Part shown: in pieces, positions 24,780 through 32,517 of the stretch
How the letters are laid out: each line of letters starts with the position of its first letter
How positions within the stretch are numbered: the stretch's first letter is position 1
Assembly: GCA_035542595.1 (NCBI GenBank)
Contig: DATKLD010000269.1
Span: 1 to 49,347 of the forward strand
Source: Terriglobales bacterium
Lineage (GTDB): Bacteria; Acidobacteriota; Terriglobia; Terriglobales; Acidobacteriaceae
Direction of reading: 5' to 3'
Length of the DNA stretch: 49,347 nt
The notes under the pieces: model-generated
Databases searched by the model: none
Seen by the model: the letters and a program-made list of their open reading frames with translations, nothing else
What the model was told of the DNA's origin: nothing
Made by a program: the position numbers and the translations under genes

Positions 24780-24879
24780 TAGCGTGTGTGGCGCGCCCGC
24801 GCCCCCGGAACGGACTCCCTTAATTTTGGATCGTTAGGTCGGACTGACCCCTCCTTAACAATCAATCCACTTCCCGTAG

Positions 24880-26136
24880 GTGAACATGACCATCGCAGAA
24901 CTCAAAGAAAAGAACATCCAGGAACTTACCCGCATTGCGCGCTCGCTCGACCTGCCTGGCGCCAGCGGCCTGCGCAAACAGGACCTGATCTTCAAGATCC
25001 TGCAGGCGCAAAGCGAGAAGGAAGGCCACATCTTCGCCGAGGGCGTGCTGGAGATCCTGCCCGACGGCTATGGCTTCCTCCGCTCCCCTGACTACAACTA
25101 CCTCCCGGGGCCGGACGACATCTATGTCTCCCCCTCGCAGATCCGCAAGTTCGACCTGAAGACCGGCGACACCATCAGCGGGCAGGTGCGGCCGCCGCAC
25201 GAGGGCGAGAAGTACTTTGCCCTGGTCAAGATCGAGGCGGTGAACTTCGAGTCTCCGGAAGAGGCGCGCAACAAGATCCTGTTCGATAACCTGACGCCGC
25301 TGTATCCCCAGGAGCGCCTCAAGCTGGAGGTCACGAAGGAAAACATCACCGCTCGCGTCATGGACCTGCTGACCCCGCTCGGCAAAGGGCAGCGCGGCCT
25401 GATCGTCTCCCCGCCCCGCGCCGGCAAGACCATGATCCTGCAGAACATCGCCAACTCCATTACCACCAACCATCCGGAAGTTGTGCTGATCGTCCTGCTC
25501 ATCGACGAGCGCCCGGAAGAAGTCACCGACATGCAGCGCTCGGTGAAGGGCGAGGTCATCAGCTCGACCTTCGACGAGCCCGCCGCCCGCCACGTGCAGG
25601 TGGCCGAGATGGTGATTGAGAAGGCCAAGCGCCTGGTTGAACACAAGCGCGACGTGGTGATCCTGCTGGACTCCATCACCCGCCTGGCGCGCGCCTACAA
25701 CACCATCGTGCCGCCCTCGGGCAAAGTGCTCTCCGGCGGCGTGGACTCCAACGCCCTGCAGCGGCCCAAGCGCTTCTTCGGCGCCGCCCGCAACATCGAG
25801 GAAGGCGGATCGCTTTCCATCATTGCCACGGCGCTGGTCGAAACCGGCTCGCGCATGGACGATGTGATCTTCGAAGAGTTCAAGGGCACGGGCAACAGCG
25901 AGGTGATTCTGGACCGCAAGCTCTCCGACAAGCGCGTGTTTCCCGCCATCGACATCCAGCGTTCCGGCACCCGCAAGGAAGAGCTCATCCTCCCCAAGGA
26001 CGATTTGGCGCGCATCTGGGTGCTGCGCAAGGTGCTGAACCCGCTGTCCCCGGTCGAGGCCATGGAACTGCTGATCGACAAGCTGGGCAAGACCCGCTCC
26101 AATGGCGAATTCCTGGGCAATATGAGCTCGCTGTAA
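24880..26136 (+). CDS. rho: transcription termination factor Rho
   Basis: N-terminal [20 protein letters not shown]-binding GYGFLR, Walker A SPPRAGKT, and the Q/R loops. The start is GTG 24880 or ATG 24886. Confidence 0.95.
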   Translation: MNMTIAELKEKNIQELTRIARSLDLPGASGLRKQDLIFKILQAQSEKEGHIFAEGVLEILPDGYGFLRSPDYNYLPGPDDIYVSPSQIRKFDLKTGDTISGQVRPPHEGEKYFALVKIEAVNFESPEEARNKILFDNLTPLYPQERLKLEVTKENITARVMDLLTPLGKGQRGLIVSPPRAGKTMILQNIANSITTNHPEVVLIVLLIDERPEEVTDMQRSVKGEVISSTFDEPAARHVQVAEMVIEKAKRLVEHKRDVVILLDSITRLARAYNTIVPPSGKVLSGGVDSNALQRPKRFFGAARNIEEGGSLSIIATALVETGSRMDDVIFEEFKGTGNSEVILDRKLSDKRVFPAIDIQRSGTRKEELILPKDDLARIWVLRKVLNPLSPVEAMELLIDKLGKTRSNGEFLGNMSSL

Positions 26137-26186
26137 CCGTCCGCCAGCTCCCAAAGATATGTTCTCTAGCAAAAGCGGCTAGTGGC

Positions 26187-26228
26187 GGGCAGCGGGTACG
26201 AAGTTCGACACACAACTCTGCCCTTTTT
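26187..26228 (+). terminator. possible intrinsic terminator downstream of rho (large loop)
   Basis: GGGCAG (26187-26192) and CTGCCC (26218-26223) are followed by TTTTT. The 25-nt loop makes it atypical. Confidence 0.35.
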
Positions 26229-26325
26229 CGGGTCCGTGCGCTTTCATAAGCTCCAAGCGCTATCTCTTAAGCAGAAAGCGCAGATTGGCTTACATTGGCA
26301 TGGCAGTGTAGCAGAGCATGGTCTG

Positions 26326-26829
26326 CTACTCCTTGGGCGGGTAGTTGCGGAAGATCTTCTGAGCAACTTCGTGGATCTTCTTTTCGCGTTTTTCAGGGCT
26401 GGCGTTCGCGTCGACGTCTCCGCTCGCCGTGCCGCGCCACACCATCGCGCCGGTATGCGCGTCTACGAGATTAACCACGAGCATGCCCATAAGAACATAC
26501 TTGGAACCGCTCCTCCAACGCAGGTTTTGCAAACCGTCCCTGAAACCCATGCCGCGAATGTCGCGGTCGAAAACAACGTCGTAGGAGACCAATAGATTTG
26601 GCTCCTCTTCGGGGCTGACCTTCGTCAGCCCTTTGGCCGACAGTTGGGCGTCGAGGGAGTTGACGATGCTCTGGTTCGCGAGTTCGTCCGCCACAGGATG
26701 GCCGCTTGCCCAGGCATATTTCTTAAACTGCGCGAAGTCTGTCTTGCTGTAATCACAGGAGATTTCCTGCGCCGCGGCACACGTACCCAGCAGGATGAGA
26801 GCTGTTACTGCGATGGATGCGATTCGCAT
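26326..26829 (-). CDS. DUF4136-type lipoprotein
   Basis: Signal/lipobox-like MRIASIAVTALILLGTCAA, then DYSKTDFAQFKKYAW, typical of DUF4136. SD AAGGAGAG lies upstream. Confidence 0.75.
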   Translation of the reverse strand: MRIASIAVTALILLGTCAAAQEISCDYSKTDFAQFKKYAWASGHPVADELANQSIVNSLDAQLSAKGLTKVSPEEEPNLLVSYDVVFDRDIRGMGFRDGLQNLRWRSGSKYVLMGMLVVNLVDAHTGAMVWRGTASGDVDANASPEKREKKIHEVAQKIFRNYPPKE

Positions 26830-27133
26830 TTGGGTTCTACTCTCCTTGGTACGGAAATCGTTCCTTGCGACTCTTCAAGGCATTTCACCTTCCAAACAGA
26901 ATCGTTGCCCTTTCGTTCACCTAACTCTTGAGTTATTGATTTTGCGGACCTGGACGGTAAGTCTCGCATTTTCGTTTGCCTTGTCGTCGCATCGGTCGTG
27001 CCCCCATCTGGGCAGCTGACCGTATCAGGGCGGGCAGCTTCGCCTTCTGAGTTCCTGATGCCACCGCTATTCGAATCGTTGCTAAAGGCTCAAAGACCGG
27101 CAGATGTGGGACACTAGGCCGCTGTTTGCGTAA

Positions 27134-27343
27134 GTGGCGGCAGCGGGTACGAAGTTGGGAAAGGCCCGTAGAGCCTGCCCTGAGCGAAGTCGAAGGGGCC
27201 GAAACGAATCTGGGGAAAACCGGGGGAAAACCGGGGACAGACGGGAGGTTTCCAGAAAGAACAGGGAACGTTCCGTCTGTCCCCGATTTTCCCTAGCAAG
27301 ACCCGTTATGGTGGGACACCCTCAGGGGAAAAAGGGGACAGCC
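27134..27343. repeat. composite non-coding repeat block (REP/MITE-like)
   Basis: It contains a second copy of a 23-24-nt repeat, tandem GGGGAAAACC(G) units (27212-27232), a 20/21-matched inverted repeat (27224-27244 / 27273-27293) and a further GGGGAAAAAGGGGACAG copy (27325-27341). Confidence 0.65.
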
Positions 27344-27400
27344 TGAACAGCGCGATTTTTTCTGTTGCCGTCCGTCAGTGCGCGCACGGTCAATTTTTCC

Positions 27401-27445
27401 TTGACAGATTCCCCGCATTCTGATATTAATATAGATACTATATTA
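27401..27445 (+). promoter_or_regulatory. near-consensus sigma-70 promoter overlapped by a 19-bp palindromic operator-like site
   Basis: TTGACA (27401-27406), a 17-nt spacer, then TATTAA (27424-29). TAATATAG-ata-CTATATTA (27427-27445) is a perfect 8+8 inverted repeat. Confidence 0.45.
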
Positions 27446-27915
27446 ACTATTAGAAATACATGCTCTCCGCCAGCCCTGAGCTCCTTGGCCAAATCCGTTT
27501 GCGCGCTAAAGGTTCGCCGGGGACCGGGTGGGGGTCAAGGAAGCTAAGTGCTCTGTTTGACGGTTTTTACGCGTAAGTTCTTTGAAAATCATGGGTTCGC
27601 GACGGTATTCGTAAATACAGTCATTTACAGGAGTTAAAGCCCTTATTTTGACTGTATTTAGCGAACAGCATTTTGCAAGTCGTTGAGCGGTCGGTACTTG
27701 CGAAATGGGCCAGGGGAGGGGGTACCCACGGTGGTTTCTTGCGGGGGGTAGAGCAAAAGCTTTCAGTCCTGCTGGAGGTGCAGCATCGGCGCGGGTACAG
27801 GCGCACCCACAGATGTAACTGCTGTTTATCTAAGAGGTTCGAGTCCGTCGGCGGAGCCTTGACCCTCCGCTGTCAACCACCTTACGATTCCTCCAGGCCA
27901 CAGTGGGAGGAACAG

Positions 27916-28668
27916 GTGCGCGAATCTTGGGTAAGGTATCTGGCTTGGGTTCTGGCTGTGTTGTTTCCGGCTTCGGTGGTGATGGCGGACGCGACGTCGG
28001 CGATGCTGGTCGCCTCCGGCGATGTGAGCGTCAACGGCAGCCGGATCGAGCGGGCCACCGCGGTCTTCCCCGGTGACAAGGTCCAGACCGGGCCCAACGC
28101 TCTGGCCACACTGACAAGCCAGGGTTCCTCGGTGACGGTTGCGGCTAATTCGTCGCTTGTCTTCTCCAGGAGTTTTGTGAACGTGCTCTGCGGGAGCGCC
28201 TTGATCGCCACCAGCCGCGGTATGTCGGTGCGAGTGAGCAACCTGCTGGTGCAGCCGGCACGCGGCGCCCAAGCACGTTTCCAGATCACTCAGAACGAAG
28301 GGCAGCTTCAGATCATCGCCCGCGAAGGCACGCTGGCCATTGACAACGGATCCGCGACCGCTTCCCTGCAGCCGGGGCGCATGCTGACGGCTTCGGCCAC
28401 CTGCATGGCGGCGCCCTACGCGGATGATCAGACAAGCGCTTCCCCGTCGGCGGCCGGTAATAGCCAGGAGGGCAGCTCCAAAAAGAAGGCCGCAGCAGCG
28501 GTTCCGCCGGCTGCGGGCGGCACCAATGCCAGCACCCTGTGGCTGATTGGAGCCGGTGCGGTCGGCTTGGGATTAATCCTGACCCTGGCGACCACTTCAG
28601 GCGGTTCGGGTTCGCCGCCGCCAGCGAGCAACGTTGTTCCGGTAGTCGCGCCGGCTGCGTCAAGGTGA
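27916..28668 (+). CDS. FecR-like beta-sandwich protein with an N-terminal signal/TM and a C-terminal TM segment
   Basis: GTG 27916 lies 5 nt after GGGAGG. YLAWVLAVLFPASVVMA, then FPGDKVQTGPNALATLTSQGSSVTVAANSSLVF (FecR-like pattern). A Gly/Ala-rich TM segment sits near the C-terminus. Confidence 0.55.
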   Translation: MRESWVRYLAWVLAVLFPASVVMADATSAMLVASGDVSVNGSRIERATAVFPGDKVQTGPNALATLTSQGSSVTVAANSSLVFSRSFVNVLCGSALIATSRGMSVRVSNLLVQPARGAQARFQITQNEGQLQIIAREGTLAIDNGSATASLQPGRMLTASATCMAAPYADDQTSASPSAAGNSQEGSSKKKAAAAVPPAAGGTNASTLWLIGAGAVGLGLILTLATTSGGSGSPPPASNVVPVVAPAASR

Positions 28669-28714
28669 TTCCGGCGTCTTTGTCTCGCCGGTAGGATAAC
28701 CGCAGATCGAAATC

Positions 28715-28743
28715 GGCCCGCCCTTCCGGCGGGCCTGGTTTTT
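28715..28743 (+). terminator. intrinsic terminator
   Basis: GGCCCGCC (28715-28722) and GGCGGGCC (28728-28735) with a 5-nt loop, followed by TGGTTTTT. Confidence 0.7.
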
Positions 28744-28767
28744 GAAGCCGGTTTCTCTGCGCCGGCC

Positions 28768-29517
28768 TCAGTCGCGGAGCACTTCCACCTTCTCCGCGGG
28801 TACCAGGATGCGCAGCAGCTTGTAAGGGGATGAAGCTTCCACCCAGAGGGTCCAGGCGGCGCCGTCTTCCGGCTGCAGTGTGAAGCGGGCCAGTTCACGT
28901 TCGGCGCCGTGGAACATGACCTTGTCCTTGCCTTCGTAGTTGACTGCGACGATGGTCGAGGCTTGTTCGCGGGGCACAAAAACCCCGAACTTGCCGGGCT
29001 CGAGCTTGCACCCCTGCGGACTGATCGCAGCGCCGCAATAAGTAGCCAGGTAACGCCACAACAGGACCTCGCGGTGGGCGAAGAAGTCGTCGAGGATGAC
29101 CGTGGAAGGAGGCAGGATGAAGGCACGCTCCACGGGCTTAGAGCCAGGCGTCAGCGTGATGTGTTCCACCAGGAACTGGTCCTGATAATCGACCGTGGCC
29201 TGCGCCTTCGCCGGACTCAATTCCTTCCACTCGTAGTGACGCAGGTCGCCGTTGGATGCGACCCGCAAATCCGAAGTCTGGCTGGCCTTGTCGGCGCCGT
29301 CATCAATGTTGAGTTGCGCGACGATCACGTTGACATCGGGCCGCTGATGGATGGTGAAAGTCTCGGTACCGACGCGGCGCCCCTGGCGGAATATCCCAAA
29401 GGCGCCGGAATCCACCAGTTGGCCTTCGCTGGATCCCTTTTCCTTATAAGACCAGGCCGGAAGGCTGGCTATGGCCGCCGCCAGCAGTGCTGCGGACACC
29501 CTGTGCTTCAATCTCAC
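28768..29517 (-). CDS. hypothetical secreted protein
   Basis: 249-aa ORF with signal peptide MRLKHRVSAALLAAAIASLPAWS. The GTG start overlaps the aroK stop (GTGA). Confidence 0.6.
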   Translation of the reverse strand: MRLKHRVSAALLAAAIASLPAWSYKEKGSSEGQLVDSGAFGIFRQGRRVGTETFTIHQRPDVNVIVAQLNIDDGADKASQTSDLRVASNGDLRHYEWKELSPAKAQATVDYQDQFLVEHITLTPGSKPVERAFILPPSTVILDDFFAHREVLLWRYLATYCGAAISPQGCKLEPGKFGVFVPREQASTIVAVNYEGKDKVMFHGAERELARFTLQPEDGAAWTLWVEASSPYKLLRILVPAEKVEVLRD

Positions 29518-30068
29518 CCACCCTCCTTTTCTGTCGGTTCCAGGGCCAGAGCGCGCGCGATATAAACAGCCGTTTGCTCTGCCGAGCGCGAAGCAGTATC
29601 GACACGAAGCTGCGCCTTAAGATAATGCGGCCGGCGCGATTCAAAGAGCAGTCGCGCCTGCTCTTCCTCCTGGAACAGAGGCCGCGCCGGCGCTGTTTCG
29701 CGACAGCGCTGGCGAACCACCTCGAAGGGCGCGTCCAGGAACACCTGCGGCGCATCGCAGGAGGCCAGCAGAGCGGCGTTTTCTCCCCGGATAGGAGTTC
29801 CGCCCCCCAGGGCCACCACCATCGGCGACCCGCGGCCAAGTTCCGCCAGCAGCTCGCGCAACACGGCAGTCTCGATCACGCGGAAGGCATCTTCGCCGGA
29901 GCGGGCAAAGATCTCGGCGATCGTCCGGCCTTCGCGCACCTCGATCCGCTGGTCCAGGTCCACGAACCTCCAACCGAGGCGGCGCGCCAGCGCCTGTCCC
30001 ACGCTGCTCTTGCCCGCGCCCATGAATCCAAGAAGAAACACCGCGCAGGGCCGCTGAAATTGAGTCAT
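29514..30068 (-). CDS. aroK: shikimate kinase
   Basis: Walker A GFMGAGKSSVG, DLD, and GGG (ALGGGTP). The internal ATG 30066-30068 is used. Confidence 0.85.
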   Translation of the reverse strand: MTQFQRPCAVFLLGFMGAGKSSVGQALARRLGWRFVDLDQRIEVREGRTIAEIFARSGEDAFRVIETAVLRELLAELGRGSPMVVALGGGTPIRGENAALLASCDAPQVFLDAPFEVVRQRCRETAPARPLFQEEEQARLLFESRRPHYLKAQLRVDTASRSAEQTAVYIARALALEPTEKEGG

Positions 30069-30155
30069 TGCTCCATTGAGCCATTGATCCATTCGGGGCC
30101 GAGTCTCCCAACGGCTCAATGGCTCAATGACGCAATGAATCAATGACTCAATTTC
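30056..30155 (-). repeat. 8-nt periodic palindrome spanning the DUF4097 stop codon and the aroK start codon (element C)
   Basis: A perfect 15-bp inverted repeat, gaaattgagtcattg (30056-30070) and caatgactcaatttc (30141-30155). Inner arms are ctccattg agccattg atccattc and ctcaatgg ctcaatga cgcaatga atcaatga. Confidence 0.8.
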
Positions 30156-31024
30156 TTGACGCGGATTTTACCACTGAAGGAGCGAAGCTGGACCGACGAG
30201 GCCCCGGAGTTCGAGGTGCCCGCAAAGGAATGTCCTGGGCTGATAATGGAGGTCGGATGCACTTGCTCTTTGAGCGGGAAATCGTTTTCCACACTGCCGG
30301 TAATCGAGCGCGCCATCAGGTCGACAGAGGCGAAAGCAGGCAAGGTGACGTCGATGTCGCCGGAATGGTTCACCAGCATGTAATCGCCGCCCTCCCCAAA
30401 ATCGCCATTGTAGCGGATAGATCCCTTGGCGGTGTTGACCGAAACCTTGGGACCAGAGACGGCATTGAGCTGCACGTTGCCGCTCAACGACGTTACCTCG
30501 ATATGGCCGCTGGTGATATTGCCCAGGCTGACGGGGCCGCTGATGGTTCGAACATGCACATGTGCATTGCTCACGTTGCGCACGTCGATTTCGGCGGCGT
30601 CGCCTTCGAGGGTCAAGTCAGCATGGATTTTCTCCGCCACGATCGGGCCACTGGGCGCTCGCACAGTCACGCTGGCATCGGCCGGTACCAGCACCTGATA
30701 TTCCACCCGGTTGTCGGGCCCATCGGCGCGCCGGAGAAGATGAGTCCTGGCTTGGATGCGGCTGCCGTTCTGGTTACAGTCGACTTCCACCTTGTCCGAG
30801 TGGGTGGTGGCTACGATAACCACCTGCCGTCCTGTGGAACCCCTCACCTCCACCGGTCCCGATTCGTTGCTGACGGTGACGCTCGCGCCCTGTCCCACCG
30901 TGTACCGAAACTCTTTGCGGTTATCGGCGGCGATGGCGGCAATCGCCAGCAGCACCACGGCAACGAGGGGCCACTTGACGCCATTACTCATGCATTCCAT
31001 GGAATCTCTCTTTCCAACGGTCAT
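30140..31024 (-). CDS. DUF4097-type beta-strand repeat (putative adhesin-like) protein
   Basis: An N-terminal TM followed by repeated SGPV/SGDI beta-strand units. The start overlaps the anti-sigma stop by 4 nt. Confidence 0.75.
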   Translation of the reverse strand: MTVGKRDSMECMSNGVKWPLVAVVLLAIAAIAADNRKEFRYTVGQGASVTVSNESGPVEVRGSTGRQVVIVATTHSDKVEVDCNQNGSRIQARTHLLRRADGPDNRVEYQVLVPADASVTVRAPSGPIVAEKIHADLTLEGDAAEIDVRNVSNAHVHVRTISGPVSLGNITSGHIEVTSLSGNVQLNAVSGPKVSVNTAKGSIRYNGDFGEGGDYMLVNHSGDIDVTLPAFASVDLMARSITGSVENDFPLKEQVHPTSIISPGHSFAGTSNSGASSVQLRSFSGKIRVKKLSH

Positions 31025-31665
31025 TCCTCAGAGCGTGCCAGCGCCATCTCGTACAACAGTACTTTCTGGTTGTAAGCGCGGAGAAGATGGTCGCGCGCGC
31101 CCATGTCAAACGGGTCCTGCTCCACGGTGCGGCGCGCATCGCGGATGTAGGCGTTGACGGTATCCAGGTTCTCCCGGTAGGTAGCCAGCAGGGCCGGCGA
31201 CCGCCGCTGCACAGCGCTCAGCACTTGCGCATCGTCCTCGTCTATCGATGATGCCGGGATCACCGTCGGAACACTGGCGGTAGCCGCGGACTGGGTATCG
31301 CGGGCGCCGTTACTACGGAACCAGAGGATACCGATGGCGAATAACAACACAGCGGCGAAGGCGAGCAGGCTGGCGCCGGTTACCCACCGCCGCTGACTCA
31401 GGGGCGCCGCTTGCGGGCGAAATCGCACCGTCCCCGCCTGGGGACGCACCAATCCTTCCCGCTCCAGCGCGTTGCGGAGGCCGGCCCAGACGCGTGGGCT
31501 GGGGTCTCGCATCGGAAGCAGCACCTTGGCCGACTCGGCGATATAGCGCAGGTCCTGCACCAGATCGGAGCACACGGCACAGGACTTCAGATGGGCTTCC
31601 TCTTCCGCATTCCCGCCGCTCTCGATGACGTGCGGCATCACCCTTTGGAACTCAGAGCAATTCAT
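31021..31665 (-). CDS. zf-HC2 anti-sigma factor
   Basis: The N-terminal C-x24-H-x3-C-x2-C pattern (MNCSEF...EAHLKSCAVCSD) and a central TM helix. It lies downstream of the ECF sigma gene. Confidence 0.75.
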   Translation of the reverse strand: MNCSEFQRVMPHVIESGGNAEEEAHLKSCAVCSDLVQDLRYIAESAKVLLPMRDPSPRVWAGLRNALEREGLVRPQAGTVRFRPQAAPLSQRRWVTGASLLAFAAVLLFAIGILWFRSNGARDTQSAATASVPTVIPASSIDEDDAQVLSAVQRRSPALLATYRENLDTVNAYIRDARRTVEQDPFDMGARDHLLRAYNQKVLLYEMALARSEE

Positions 31666-31709
31666 TGCTGCGATCCTCTCCCCACAACTGCGTCCCCTTG
31701 GTCCCTCCC

Positions 31710-32315
31710 TCAGTGCCTGGCGGCCTTTTCGGCTCTGTTTGCCCTGAGGAAGTCCCTCAGCTTCATTCTCGCCTTGTGTAACTGCGACTTGCTATTGCCA
31801 ATCGAGCAACCCATCATCTCGGCGATCTCGTTGTGCTCATACCCCTCAACATCGTGCAGCACAAAAACCACGCGGTAGCCGGGAGGGAGGCTCTCGATTG
31901 CCCGCTCCAGGTTCACCCGGTCGATGGTCCCGGTCAGTACGTTATCGCGGGCGCCGATTTCTTTCTTTGGCCCGTCCTCCTGCTGCGGCTCCAGGCTCTC
32001 TTCCAAAGAGACTGCCGGCAAGCCCTTCTTGCGCAAGTGCATCAGCACCACGTTGACCGCCAAGCGATGCAGCCAAGTCGAAAACGCCGACTCGCCGCGG
32101 AAGGTGGCGATTTTGCGATAGAGCTGCAAGAAAGCCTCTTGCGTCAGATCTTCCGCCTCAGCAGTGTTCCCCGTCATGCGCAGGCATAAGGAATACACAC
32201 GCCGTTTGTGCAAGGCGTATAAAGCCTCGAACGATTCGGCGTCTCCCCGCTTCGCCCGGTCAATCGCATCTGCCTCTGACAGCCCGGGACTAGCTAGTTT
32301 TCTTGCTTGTGCCAA
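31710..32315 (-). CDS. ECF (sigma-24 type) RNA polymerase sigma factor
   Basis: Region 2 is [33 protein letters not shown]. Region 4 is [37 protein letters not shown]. The start codon is TTG. Confidence 0.9.
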   Translation of the reverse strand: MAQARKLASPGLSEADAIDRAKRGDAESFEALYALHKRRVYSLCLRMTGNTAEAEDLTQEAFLQLYRKIATFRGESAFSTWLHRLAVNVVLMHLRKKGLPAVSLEESLEPQQEDGPKKEIGARDNVLTGTIDRVNLERAIESLPPGYRVVFVLHDVEGYEHNEIAEMMGCSIGNSKSQLHKARMKLRDFLRANRAEKAARH

Positions 32316-32517
32316 GTCGCCTTTTCAGGCCGCACTTACCTAGATGCAGCCTAAGTACCTGCTCGTTGTATTGGTTGCTCGCGTCCCAAACTTCAGTAAC
32401 CGGCAGCCGGCCAAGACAGCCGGAAGGCGCCGTGGCGCCATAGTCACCCTCGGCCGAATGGCCCGGCACCCTCTTCACTTCTTCTTAAGATGAGGCCGGG
32501 GCCCGAAAGGCGCCAGC

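Noticed and set aside
21722-26172. Long alternative-frame or antisense ORFs over comM and rho (21722-23146 minus, 21766-23178 plus, 24862-26172 minus)
   Set aside because: They overlap genes with strong family signatures in another frame or strand, so they are high-GC frame artefacts.
27212-27343. A possible mini-CRISPR, from repeated GGGGAAAACCGGGGACAG units
   Set aside because: The units are directly abutting or inverted with no unique spacers. They are only 10-21 nt long, and there are no cas genes in the window.
27826-27860. tRNA/tmRNA-like T-loop sequence GGTTCGAGTCC
   Set aside because: The flanking bases do not form a T-stem: AGAGG against CCGTC gives only 2 Watson-Crick pairs. No acceptor, D or anticodon arms can be drawn, and there is no CCA or tmRNA tag-ORF context.
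27673-27915. The N-terminal 81 codons of ORF 27673-28668
   Set aside because: There is a TTG start with no SD, and the composition is junk-like (RGGGTHGGFLRG, RCNCCLSK). A GTG with a GGGAGG SD at 27916 immediately precedes a signal/TM segment.
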